Origin: a virus
Length of the DNA stretch: 64,000 nucleotides
Direction: 5' to 3' (one strand)
IMG/VR virus record: IMGVR_UViG_3300001472_000003
Coordinates: 32,001 to 96,000 of that record
Shown: positions 27,970 through 36,947 of the stretch, piece after piece
Numbering within the stretch: the stretch's first letter is position 1
Layout of the letters: each line of letters starts with the position of its first letter
Made by a program: the position numbers and the translations under genes
Notes under the pieces: generated by a model
The model's input: the letters and a program-made list of their open reading frames with translations, nothing else
Database searches by the model: none
What the model was told of the DNA's origin: nothing

Positions 27970-30222
27970 TTATTTTTTCCTTTTAATAAAATTGATGAAA
28001 TTTGAATTTATTTGTTCTTTAATAGTTTTATTATTAAATGCTAGAAAGGAATTGACATTAGCATAACCTGCTTGTTGCTCTGTCATATCCATTGTATTAT
28101 CCCATTTACTAACACCTTCATTATATAACGATATTATTTTATCAGAGTCAATATATGCCTTACATTTATCATTCAAATTATTTTTTGCTCTTTCATCCAA
28201 TTTATCATAATGTGAATTGGACACACTACCAATCATTCTATCAACTACCATCAATAACTGTTCATCTGTCATTTCTACAGTCGGTCTTTTAAATCCATGT
28301 TTAGCTAAAACATCTTTATGTTTATCATATGATGATTGTGCTTTTTTAATATGTTTTTTTTGTATTGCTCTTTTAGTAATTTTATTAAAACTAGGCTTAG
28401 AGGGTTTAATTGCATCTTCTTGTTTATTTTGTTTTTGAAGGTATGCAGCTATTGCCATATCTTTTTTCTTTTCATCAGATTTACCTTTAAATTGTGGCTT
28501 ATCAGATTTTTTAAAATCATCTATAAAATCCCCTGCTGTAGATTTTTTAGTTAACTTTTCTTTATGTGTTTGTGGCTTAGTTGGTTTAGTTGGTTTACTT
28601 GTACTTGATGCATAAGGACTTTTAGGTGGACCTACTTTCCATTTTTTTGGATTCTTTAATAGTTTTAAATATTTTCTAGAAACATAAATTTCCTTAAAAG
28701 CTTTATTTAATTCTTCTTTTGGTATACAATTAGGAACTGTTTTACCATTTTTCTTTTTTACACCTAATTGTCTATAATCTTTCCAACATGGATCTTTATC
28801 TTCTTTAAGACCCAACATTTTTCTAACTGCTGCATTAACTAAATCTTTAGCATCTGTTCTTGATAATTTCATTTTAGAAGCTATTTTTCTCTCTGCATCT
28901 GCTGGTGTTCTAGCCATTGCAGATATTGCATTTGCTTTTTTAATCTCATCATTAGTAAATTTTCTTTTAGCTTCATCCATATTTTCTGTATCTTCTTTAC
29001 CTTGCATTCTCAATTTAAATGCTTTTCTTAAATCCGATGGTAAAACTCTTTCTATATTCGTAATATTTTCTTCTGGTTTTTTAATTAATTTTCTTAATTC
29101 TGTTTTTACTTTACCAGCTGAATTACTTTGTACATAAATTGATGGTAGACCTTCTATATCTACTTTAAAGTTAGCTTCGTTTAAATAATTTGTAAAATAT
29201 TGATCAATAGATTCATTAGCTTTTCTACTTCTCATTCTAGATAATCTTTCCATTTCACCCTTCCTTACACGAGGCATTAACCTTTTAGATATTTTTTTAA
29301 TCATTGTTTTCTTTGTTGCTACACGCTTATCAATAGCTTGCTTTGCAGCTGGGGATAAATTTCTATAATTAACTCCTCTTTTACCTGCTAATTTTTTTCT
29401 CATAAAACCTATAGCTTTTCTTGCTGCTCTTTTCTTTAATTTAGCAGTACTTGCGGTTTTCTTTGATGCTATTTTACGCCCTCTTTGAAGTTTAGTTCTA
29501 TATCTTCTCATCATAATACCGCGAGCTCTTCTTTGTTGGGTATTTAATACTTCTGTGAGAAGTCCTTCTGATTCTAATTGTTCTGCTAATTCCATACCTG
29601 ATCTTACCATGTTGAATACTTTATCTGATATTGATGATAATTTAGAAGCGATACCTTTCTTAAAGGAAGCTTTATCATCGTCTTTTACTGCTGCTCTTAA
29701 TTTAGATGCGGACATTGATGCAGTTCCTTCTGCATCAGGATCTCGAGTACCAGCACTTACAACTTTATACGATTTAAATTTAAAATCTTTACCGTTATAC
29801 ATTGCTAATCTTTCATATTCTGATACTCGATCAGATCCAGCAACTATTACAACATTATCATATTGCCCTGTTAATTCTTTAAGCAAGCTTATAACGTTGT
29901 TAGCTTTTGATCGGCGCAACAAATCATTACCAAAAGCTTTTGCTGCTAATTTAAATTTATCAGCGTAAGGTAGTGGATTTTTTTGTGCGTCGAATGTTTG
30001 GGAGAGAAATAGAAGAGGTATGCCTTTTTCCTTGCGGGCTATATCGCGTAGTTTGCTAACTAAAACTTCGTGTCCTTTTGTAGGGGGATTATATCTACCA
30101 AAGCTGAATACAGCTGTTGTTTCTTTAGCTTCTTTAATAGCTGGTGATATAATAATTTTATCACTTTGTGATTTTGAATCAGATTTACTGTTCTTAATTT
30201 TTTTAGTTTTGCTTTTATCCAT
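27970..30222 (-). CDS. Cytidyltransferase-like (HIGH-family nucleotidyltransferase) with long basic C-terminal extension
   Basis: FSFGRYNPPTKGH, KNPL, VAGSDR, SAGTRDPD, MSASKLR. Confidence 0.85.
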   Translation of the reverse strand: MDKSKTKKIKNSKSDSKSQSDKIIISPAIKEAKETTAVFSFGRYNPPTKGHEVLVSKLRDIARKEKGIPLLFLSQTFDAQKNPLPYADKFKLAAKAFGNDLLRRSKANNVISLLKELTGQYDNVVIVAGSDRVSEYERLAMYNGKDFKFKSYKVVSAGTRDPDAEGTASMSASKLRAAVKDDDKASFKKGIASKLSSISDKVFNMVRSGMELAEQLESEGLLTEVLNTQQRRARGIMMRRYRTKLQRGRKIASKKTASTAKLKKRAARKAIGFMRKKLAGKRGVNYRNLSPAAKQAIDKRVATKKTMIKKISKRLMPRVRKGEMERLSRMRSRKANESIDQYFTNYLNEANFKVDIEGLPSIYVQSNSAGKVKTELRKLIKKPEENITNIERVLPSDLRKAFKLRMQGKEDTENMDEAKRKFTNDEIKKANAISAMARTPADAERKIASKMKLSRTDAKDLVNAAVRKMLGLKEDKDPCWKDYRQLGVKKKNGKTVPNCIPKEELNKAFKEIYVSRKYLKLLKNPKKWKVGPPKSPYASSTSKPTKPTKPQTHKEKLTKKSTAGDFIDDFKKSDKPQFKGKSDEKKKDMAIAAYLQKQNKQEDAIKPSKPSFNKITKRAIQKKHIKKAQSSYDKHKDVLAKHGFKRPTVEMTDEQLLMVVDRMIGSVSNSHYDKLDERAKNNLNDKCKAYIDSDKIISLYNEGVSKWDNTMDMTEQQAGYANVNSFLAFNNKTIKEQINSNFINFIKRKK

Positions 30223-30235
30223 TTTATTATCCTCG

Positions 30236-30295
30236 CCAGGTTTTCCTGAGACTTACTGGTTCTTCATGTGTAGGTTTTCCTAAGACTAACTACAC
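30236..30295 (-). promoter_or_regulatory. Tandem hairpin element in late 5' UTR (candidate cis-regulatory RNA)
   Basis: GUGUAG[UUAGUCUUAGGAAAAC]CUACAC and CCAG[UAAGUCUCAGGAAAAC]CUGG; loops 14/16 identical, stems differ; second hairpin abuts SD GAGG. Confidence 0.65.
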
Positions 30296-30298
30296 TCT

Positions 30299-30306
30299 TA
30301 TTTATA
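30299..30306 (-). promoter_or_regulatory. Late promoter TATAAATA
   Basis: Exact consensus overlapping the FkbM stop codon. Confidence 0.75.
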
Positions 30307-31036
30307 CATTATCGTTATGCAAGAATAAGTAATCAGCATTAGAACTTAATATAAATGAATATCCAAGATTTTTTAATAATTCATGACCTCTTCCGAGTTC
30401 TGTGATGATAGCTGGTTTTAATAATCTTATAGTTGCTTGGGCACCCATAATTACAGCTTCTTCATGTCCTTCGACATCAAGATGTATTAAATCTATATCT
30501 GGTAATTGTAATGAATCTATAGTTGTTTGCATAACCTCAATATCATGATTTAAATCAATATCTCTAGGATTAATAGAAAATGTGCCTCTATTGGCATAAT
30601 TTCTTCTTTTTAAATTTACTAATTTTTGAGTATCACCTAAAGCCATTTGTAGTTTGGTGCATCTATCACTTTGTGTGTTATTTACAAGATAATAAAAATT
30701 AACTGGATCTGGTTCTATTGATACTACCTTATCAAAATGATTCAAGTAAAATCTTGCATACATGCCAAGATTACCACCAGCTTGTAATACTTTATGGAAT
30801 CCCCAACCTCTTTTAATTAATTCATTTTTAAATTTAGGCCAGTTTACAATCCAATCTCTAAGTGGACCATCATCTAATGATCCAAATGATCCTGTATCAT
30901 CTTTATGCCAGAATAAACAAGCTGTTTGTTCTATATTGCCATTTGGTAGATCTTTTAAAATTAAATTTTTATAAAAATTAAATTCTTCATCTTTAATATA
31001 TTCTGGTCTCTTTATAGGGACCATTATCTTTGCCAT
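30302..31036 (-). CDS. FkbM-family methyltransferase
   Basis: VLQAGGNLG, SIEPDP.NF, MALGD, LIHLDVEGHE. Confidence 0.85.
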   Translation of the reverse strand: MAKIMVPIKRPEYIKDEEFNFYKNLILKDLPNGNIEQTACLFWHKDDTGSFGSLDDGPLRDWIVNWPKFKNELIKRGWGFHKVLQAGGNLGMYARFYLNHFDKVVSIEPDPVNFYYLVNNTQSDRCTKLQMALGDTQKLVNLKRRNYANRGTFSINPRDIDLNHDIEVMQTTIDSLQLPDIDLIHLDVEGHEEAVIMGAQATIRLLKPAIITELGRGHELLKNLGYSFILSSNADYLFLHNDNV

Positions 31037-32250
31037 CCTTTAAGTATATCAGGTGAAAAGTTTGCATAACTAAATTCAAGCCTATCTACTAACTTGACTG
31101 CATTATTTCCTATACGATCAATTGCAACAAATCCTTCTTGTCCTGTAACTTTATAACCATTTTTTGTTTTAAGAAATGTTCTTAAAGAACCTGCTTCATT
31201 CATTTTTCCAATAATATAATGTTTACAAACAACTATTTTTTGCATTAAATTAAATACATTAGCAAGAGAAATAGGATCAGCTAATACCTTCATAAATTCT
31301 TTCTTTTTTTCTTCGACACCTGCTTTGCCTTTAGGTGTTTTTCTTTTAGCAATTTCTTTATTATAATATTCAGTAATATAATTAAGAAATGCTTGCGATA
31401 GAGCCATTCCTGTTGGCCAGCTTTGGCCTTCACGTATATAAGAATTTAAAAAGGTTTTAATTTTTTTCTTTACTTCTTCACTATCTTTAATATTATTTAA
31501 ATATTTTGCTTTAATTTTTCTAAATATTTGCCCAGCTATTCTTAACTCAGCAGTTATTTGACTGGTCTCTTCAAATGTCATAGTAGCTCTACCAGACACA
31601 TCTTGATACACTGCATCTACAGACCAGACACTTGGTGATTTTTTTAATCTCGAGGCTATAGTTTTACCGAATGATGCCTTCATTGTTTGAAAAGAATCCC
31701 CAGTATATGTTGTATGCCATACAATACCTATTTCACTCTTTTTAATAGTTTTACCGAGAGGAGTATTTGCGGGTACTGCATATAAAATGGTATTAGGATG
31801 AAATGTAATAAATTTATTTTTTTCTATATCTTGATACTCGAGATCCGATTTATCATACAAAAAGTCACCTTGAACACATATATCTGTTATACCCAATTTA
31901 GGTAATTGTTGTAAAGCTTTAAGCATTTTTTTTTGTAAATCACCTGTTGTATCTTTTTTCACATCTTTAGGTGTTTTATATACTTTAGGAGTTGTGTTGA
32001 AAATAGATTTCTTTGCTACATAAAATTTACCATCTGATGGATCTACGCCCGCAAATACTGCAGGTGATCCATCCCATTTTACAGATACATTTACTCTATT
32101 ATCACTTTTGCCCGCCAGCATATCTCTTAATGATTGGATAAAATTAATCGCTTCTCTGGCGCCATCAACACCTCTATTTAGAACATTATCTTCCAAATGT
32201 TCCATATGAGAATTGTTTGACTCTATAATAAAATTATTAAATTTTTTCAT
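31024..32250 (-). CDS. Conserved T4-like late protein (DUF6267-like)
   Basis: HMEHLED, VKWDGSPA, QGDFLY, F.PNTI.YAV, EGFVA, KLVDRLEFS.ANF; N-terminus MKKFNNFIIE. Confidence 0.7.
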   Translation of the reverse strand: MKKFNNFIIESNNSHMEHLEDNVLNRGVDGAREAINFIQSLRDMLAGKSDNRVNVSVKWDGSPAVFAGVDPSDGKFYVAKKSIFNTTPKVYKTPKDVKKDTTGDLQKKMLKALQQLPKLGITDICVQGDFLYDKSDLEYQDIEKNKFITFHPNTILYAVPANTPLGKTIKKSEIGIVWHTTYTGDSFQTMKASFGKTIASRLKKSPSVWSVDAVYQDVSGRATMTFEETSQITAELRIAGQIFRKIKAKYLNNIKDSEEVKKKIKTFLNSYIREGQSWPTGMALSQAFLNYITEYYNKEIAKRKTPKGKAGVEEKKKEFMKVLADPISLANVFNLMQKIVVCKHYIIGKMNEAGSLRTFLKTKNGYKVTGQEGFVAIDRIGNNAVKLVDRLEFSYANFSPDILKGWQR

Positions 32251-32272
32251 TATGACCTCGTGTTTATAGATA

Positions 32273-32280
32273 TATTTATA
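32273..32280 (-). promoter_or_regulatory. Late promoter TATAAATA
   Basis: Exact consensus, intergenic. Confidence 0.8.
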
Positions 32281-32283
32281 ATA

Positions 32284-32502
32284 TTATAAACCAAGGACTT
32301 TCATAATAGATCTAGGCTCAGTAGGCAACCCTTTACCGTCTCTTAAATGGTCTTCTATCTGACCAAAATAAAAAGCCGCTTCAGCTTGTTCTGCTGATTC
32401 ACATTCTAATCTAGCATTTTTAAAAAATTGCAATAACTTCATTGATTGGCCGTTATCAAAACCACTAGCATTAAAAGTCTTAGCTTTTCTTTGATTACTC
32501 AT
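32284..32502 (-). CDS. Hypothetical protein
   Basis: AAGGGAG SD. Confidence 0.55.
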   Translation of the reverse strand: MSNQRKAKTFNASGFDNGQSMKLLQFFKNARLECESAEQAEAAFYFGQIEDHLRDGKGLPTEPRSIMKVLGL

Positions 32503-32656
32503 TTATAACTCCCTTATTATTTTTATATACTTCATCAACCCAAGATGTAGGCACATTAGCTAATCTTGACGCATTCTCTATAATATTATCTTTATTATCT
32601 GGACACATTAATGTAGCTTCTTTCAATGCGTAGACAATATCTTCTTTAATTGTCAA
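32495..32656 (-). CDS. Small hypothetical protein, TTG start (not in track)
   Basis: MTIKEDIVYALKEATLMCPD...; GAGGG SD; overlaps both neighbours. Confidence 0.45.
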   Translation of the reverse strand: MTIKEDIVYALKEATLMCPDNKDNIIENASRLANVPTSWVDEVYKNNKGVINE

Positions 32657-32801
32657 ATTTTGTCCCTCTTCTCAATTGTCTTATTAATACACCTAATACA
32701 TTAGACCAATATTGTATGCCCCATGCAGACTTATTATCTCTACAAAATTGTAAGGCGGTTAATGTATTATCTATTCTTTTTTCTAAATGTTTATTCACCA
32801 T
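32646..32801 (-). CDS. Small hypothetical protein, 51 aa (not in track)
   Basis: MVNKHLEKRIDNTLTALQFCRDNKSAWGIQYWSNVLGVLIRQL...; GAGG SD. Confidence 0.55.
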   Translation of the reverse strand: MVNKHLEKRIDNTLTALQFCRDNKSAWGIQYWSNVLGVLIRQLRRGTKFDN

Positions 32802-32976
32802 TATAGGTGGCCTCTACTGAATCAGTATAAAATTTATCCTGATGAGCAATATTAATTTTAGTAGCTATAGCTACTGCTAAACTAGCATTACTATCTATTA
32901 TACGAGCAGCAAATATATCCTGCTGTACAGCTGTCATCTTTTCTAAATCTGCTATTACCTTATTAATATTAAGCAT
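32791..32976 (-). CDS. Hypothetical early protein
   Basis: Start MLNINKVI after AAGGA SD and early promoter. Confidence 0.55.
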   Translation of the reverse strand: MLNINKVIADLEKMTAVQQDIFAARIIDSNASLAVAIATKINIAHQDKFYTDSVEATYNGE

Positions 32977-33006
32977 TTTATTTCCTTTTTTATTATTATA
33001 TAATTT

Positions 33007-33035
33007 ATTATACTGACAAAACAAATAAAAATCAA
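33007..33035 (-). promoter_or_regulatory. Sigma70-type early promoter
   Basis: TTGATT-N17-TATAAT. Confidence 0.75.
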
Positions 33036-33038
33036 CAC

Positions 33039-33344
33039 TTATTTTGGATAATTTACTAACTTATCAAAACCGAAAGATGCAACAATATATTTTTCTTTAT
33101 TTAATTCTAAAATATCACCAACAGATAGAGAATGAAATTTTAAACTAAATCTATCTATTTTACCTATAGGACCAATATTACCTATCTCAAAAGCTTCATC
33201 TAAATCATTAGTATCTATAGTAGCAGTATGCTCATAATTATCTATATGCTTATCAAGGTTAAATAACTTTTTATCATTCATACCATAGAAAGTAGGTGAC
33301 TCTGGCATAATTTTATAACTATCTAATTGAAATACTTTAATCAT
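33039..33344 (-). CDS. YodL-like hypothetical protein
   Basis: Start MIKVFQ; LDEAFEIGN...HSLSVGDIL...FGF. Confidence 0.55.
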   Translation of the reverse strand: MIKVFQLDSYKIMPESPTFYGMNDKKLFNLDKHIDNYEHTATIDTNDLDEAFEIGNIGPIGKIDRFSLKFHSLSVGDILELNKEKYIVASFGFDKLVNYPK

Positions 33345-33460
33345 TATATGGAACCTCCCATTCTTAACAACGCTACAGCAATACAAATGTATGCACAAAT
33401 ACAACAAATAATTTTAAATCTAAATTTCTCTGCTAAATGCTTTCTTTTATATTCTTCCAT
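33344..33460 (-). CDS. Small membrane peptide, 38 aa (not in track)
   Basis: MEEYKRKHLAEKFRFKIICCICAYICIAVALLRMGGSI; AAGGA SD. Confidence 0.5.
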   Translation of the reverse strand: MEEYKRKHLAEKFRFKIICCICAYICIAVALLRMGGSI

Positions 33461-33489
33461 TTTAATCCTTATTCTTTATTATATAATTT

Positions 33490-33518
33490 ATTATCACATC
33501 AAATAATATAAAAGTCAA
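33490..33518 (-). promoter_or_regulatory. Sigma70-type early promoter
   Basis: TTGACT-N17-GATAAT. Confidence 0.65.
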
Positions 33519-33943
33519 CAGTTTTTTTCATAAAAATAACTTTTTTTTGCCGATTGTATAAATTTTTTTTGTAGAGGTTCTTCTAGATTATATGCCTGTA
33601 TTTCCCATGGTCTATCTTTATATTCTGATTCAGTATAATCAATATTATACCAATGATCACAATATAATTTACCTGTAGCATGTTGCCACACATGAACCAT
33701 TTCATGGCATATAGTTTTAATTAAATTTTGAGGGGTTTGTTTAGAATGAATTTCGAGTTCAAATTCTCTAGATGTTATAGCCATACAATAACCAACGGCA
33801 CCATCTTTAGATATATCGTTTAAATTGACAGATATATCTAAGGTTTTAAATCGAGACATCAAATTAGATATACAAAAATTAACAACTGATTCAGCTAATT
33901 CTCTTTGTGATTTTAATCCACCTATACACTCTACATAATTCAT
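33515..33943 (-). CDS. Zincin metallopeptidase-like protein
   Basis: CHEMVHVWQ (HExxH) and PWEIQAY. Confidence 0.75.
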   Translation of the reverse strand: MNYVECIGGLKSQRELAESVVNFCISNLMSRFKTLDISVNLNDISKDGAVGYCMAITSREFELEIHSKQTPQNLIKTICHEMVHVWQHATGKLYCDHWYNIDYTESEYKDRPWEIQAYNLEEPLQKKFIQSAKKSYFYEKNC

Positions 33944-33975
33944 TATAATTAATTCCTTATTCTATATTATAATTA

Positions 33976-34004
33976 ATTATAGAACATAAATTAATAAATA
34001 TCAA
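33976..34004 (-). promoter_or_regulatory. Sigma70-type early promoter
   Basis: TTGATA-N17-TATAAT. Confidence 0.75.
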
Positions 34005-34024
34005 CAGTTTTTTTGATAAAAATA

Positions 34025-34255
34025 TTATTTAAATGTATCTGTAAAGGCTTCATTTATATTGATGGGGGATATTGATGAATTGTTAGATATAATAAAAAGT
34101 GGAGTATGGCCATCAAAACCTCCACCTGAATTTAAATGATAACAAGCTGTAGTAGCATTATTTCTTTTATTATGCCTACTAATTATAAAATTTGTATATA
34201 TTTCAAGTACGCAGTATTGTTTTTTTCTTCTTACTATTTTATAGTTTGTTGTCAT
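34025..34255 (-). CDS. Hypothetical protein downstream of helicase
   Basis: LNSGGGFDGHTP; ATGA-coupled. Confidence 0.55.
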   Translation of the reverse strand: MTTNYKIVRRKKQYCVLEIYTNFIISRHNKRNNATTACYHLNSGGGFDGHTPLFIISNNSSISPININEAFTDTFK

Positions 34256-35649
34256 GTAAAATCCTTAAATAGTTCTACTGGTTTATCCATAGCTTTGCCC
34301 ATTTGTGTATTATCAAAAACAGGGCCTTCTATAATATCATTTTGAGCGTCTTGTTCTACATCATATAATCTCATCTTAGATTTATCAATACCTATTACGA
34401 ATCTTTTATTTATGTTGGGATCAGCATATCTATTTTTTAATTGTTTACACATTATTTGATTTAGATCTTGTAGTTCTTCGGTGCTAATAAGCGCAAACAT
34501 AAAGTCAGCAGTGGCAGGAAGACCGAAGCTCTCCGAGGTGTCTTCAAGGCCCACGTCACTAGCGCCAAAACCCGATCTTGTTGTTTGTGTCGCAGAGAAG
34601 ATCGGCACGTTGAATTCCACCGCCAGACCTCTAAGCTCTTCTGCAATCGCTTTAATATAAGTATACGAATTGACATTTGCTCCTGCTCTTAACCTTGACG
34701 ACATACAAATATTAAGATAATCAATATATATCACATCAGGTATAAAGTTACGTTTTAATTTAAGTTCGTTTAATAAATGTCTAAAATGTCCGGCACCTGC
34801 AGAAGCAGTTGGATATTCTTTTATAACGAGCTTACCTTTAGTTTTACTAGCCACCCTATCAATCTTTTTATCAAAAGCATCCTTTGGTAACATGTAAAGT
34901 TCTTCCATTGTGACATTCAATAAATTAGCATCTATTCTCTCTGCTATTTTTTCTTCTGCCATTTCTAAAGTAATATACAATACATTCTTACTTCCTAGAA
35001 GATTAGCAGATGCGCAGTGACACATGAATAATGATTTTCCAACACCTGTACCTGCTAATGCAATATTTAATGTTTTATTTGGTATGCCACCTCTTGTTAT
35101 TTTATTAAGATATTCTATATCAAATGGCAGTCTCGATTCCTTTTTTTGATAAAAATCAAATCTCTCTGAAGCATCATCAATAAAATCGTGTCCTACATGA
35201 TTATCAAATGATACACCTAATGCATCACTTAGTAATTGTGGTATAGACCCTTTATCCTTACCATCATTTGCTTTACCGTCAATAATTTGAATAGAATCCA
35301 TGATAGCGTTATATATAGCTTTCTCCTGAACCCACTTTTCTGTATTATCAAGTAGCCATTCAAAATTTGTATTTTCGTCGACGTCGAGTTTATTGATGTA
35401 TTCAACAGCTTCTGAATGAAGCGTATCGTTAACATCTGTTCTATTACCCAAATCGATAACGAGAGCCTCATTAGACGGAAGTGCGTTGAAAGTCTTGATA
35501 TGATTGTCAATAATCTCATATACTAACCTTTCTGTATTATCACTAAATAAAGTCTTTTCAAGATAAGGAATAACCTTTCTTGAAAATTCCTCATTCTTCG
35601 TTAGATTCGATATTATCGTCTGTTCTATATTCATCTGTTTCAACACCAT
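34252..35649 (-). CDS. 41: Replicative DNA helicase (gp41)
   Basis: AGTGVGKS, ITLEMAEE, IDYLNIC, SESFGLPATAD, QLKNRY. Confidence 0.96.
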   Translation of the reverse strand: MVLKQMNIEQTIISNLTKNEEFSRKVIPYLEKTLFSDNTERLVYEIIDNHIKTFNALPSNEALVIDLGNRTDVNDTLHSEAVEYINKLDVDENTNFEWLLDNTEKWVQEKAIYNAIMDSIQIIDGKANDGKDKGSIPQLLSDALGVSFDNHVGHDFIDDASERFDFYQKKESRLPFDIEYLNKITRGGIPNKTLNIALAGTGVGKSLFMCHCASANLLGSKNVLYITLEMAEEKIAERIDANLLNVTMEELYMLPKDAFDKKIDRVASKTKGKLVIKEYPTASAGAGHFRHLLNELKLKRNFIPDVIYIDYLNICMSSRLRAGANVNSYTYIKAIAEELRGLAVEFNVPIFSATQTTRSGFGASDVGLEDTSESFGLPATADFMFALISTEELQDLNQIMCKQLKNRYADPNINKRFVIGIDKSKMRLYDVEQDAQNDIIEGPVFDNTQMGKAMDKPVELFKDFT

Positions 35650-36655
35650 ATAAAAATTCTTTTCTTGCTGCTTCTTCTAATTTAACCATTATATCTTCGG
35701 TAAAATACTTTTCAGGTTCTTTATTAATAGTTTTACCAAATACCTTAGTGCCATCTGGCATCTCAAATCGTGTTGATACTTTTTTAATAATATCATATTT
35801 TTCTGCTAATTGTAGAAGACCATAATATCTATCAAGCCCTCTCTCATAGTGTAATAGCACTTCAACACCTTTATTTTCTTTTGATATTCTTGATTTGTGC
35901 ATTTTACATTTTATTATATTACCAATAATGTCTGTACCATCACGTTCTTTCTTTTTTGAAAGATAGCATATTGAAGATGCCGCATATTTTAATCCAGAGC
36001 CACCACCCATTTCTTTTACTGGAATATAAGAACCTATTAATTCATATACATGATTTGTAACAATCATTGGTATTTTAACCTTAGCAAGCTTTAATGTTAA
36101 TACTCTAAATGTAGCTTTGATTATTTGTGATTTGGTCATATCTCGTGTTTCTTTACCATCATTAGTGTCTTCTAATTCTTTAGTAGTTGACATTAAACCT
36201 AATGAGTCTAAAACCATCATCATTGGTGGGCGATCTTTAATAGGAGCTTTATCATAAGATTCAATAACCTTTAGTGCATGGTGTCTAAATTTTTGTATTG
36301 TATCCGGTTCTGCAATAATAACTCTTTTAGTATCAATACCTCTTGATTCCATCATCTCTTTAGTAACAGCAGCCTCAGTATCATAATATACAATACCGCC
36401 TGTTGTATTATTTTCTAAAAAAGACTTAACACAGCTTAATACAAAAAATGTTTTTCCTGTAGCTGACTCACCAGCAAAGGCTGTTATTTTATTATTAGGA
36501 ATACCGCCGTAAAGACTACCACTTAAAGCAGCATTTAATATATAACTACCTGTGTCTACGGTTCCAGAAAACTCAGCGGATTGTGTACCATCCGCAGCTA
36601 TTGAAGTATCTTCATCCTTCATATCTGCTACTAAATCACGAAAAAAATCACTCAT
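35591..36655 (-). CDS. uvsX: RecA-like recombinase
   Basis: AGESATGKT, YDTE, LDSLG, MGGGSGLKY. Confidence 0.95.
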   Translation of the reverse strand: MSDFFRDLVADMKDEDTSIAADGTQSAEFSGTVDTGSYILNAALSGSLYGGIPNNKITAFAGESATGKTFFVLSCVKSFLENNTTGGIVYYDTEAAVTKEMMESRGIDTKRVIIAEPDTIQKFRHHALKVIESYDKAPIKDRPPMMMVLDSLGLMSTTKELEDTNDGKETRDMTKSQIIKATFRVLTLKLAKVKIPMIVTNHVYELIGSYIPVKEMGGGSGLKYAASSICYLSKKKERDGTDIIGNIIKCKMHKSRISKENKGVEVLLHYERGLDRYYGLLQLAEKYDIIKKVSTRFEMPDGTKVFGKTINKEPEKYFTEDIMVKLEEAARKEFLYGVETDEYRTDDNIESNEE

Positions 36656-36905
36656 CTATAGAACTCCTTAATTCTTGCACTCTTGCTTCGAGTACACTTA
36701 TTGTTGTATATAAATGCCCTGTATCTTCAGGCATAATTCTAGATTTTTGAATTGCTATCTCATCCATTAAAAAAATAATCCTATCAACTATCTTTCCGTG
36801 TTCTGAGTTCTTGTGCATTAATACTCCTTTATCAATATTAGCTTGTTGTTCCATATACTGTGCAGTATAATATTTTGACATATCTGTGTTATCTGTCATA
36901 CTCAT
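36648..36905 (-). CDS. Hypothetical protein
   Basis: DTGHLYTTISVLEARV. Confidence 0.55.
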   Translation of the reverse strand: MSMTDNTDMSKYYTAQYMEQQANIDKGVLMHKNSEHGKIVDRIIFLMDEIAIQKSRIMPEDTGHLYTTISVLEARVQELRSSIDE

Positions 36906-36912
36906 TATCCTT

Positions 36913-36941
36913 ATAATATATTAGTTTTGATTAAATGTCAA
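36913..36941 (-). promoter_or_regulatory. Sigma70-type promoter
   Basis: TTGACA-N17-TATTAT. Confidence 0.6.
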
Positions 36942-36947
36942 TAGTTA

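Noticed and set aside
28570-28600. Short tandem repeat ttagttggt
   Set aside because: Encodes a low-complexity KPTKPTKP linker within the CDS
30236-30295. Tandem hairpins as a mini-CRISPR array, preQ1-I riboswitch or terminator
   Set aside because: Only two units with an 8-nt gap, no cas genes, no 3' A-rich pseudoknot tail and no U-tract
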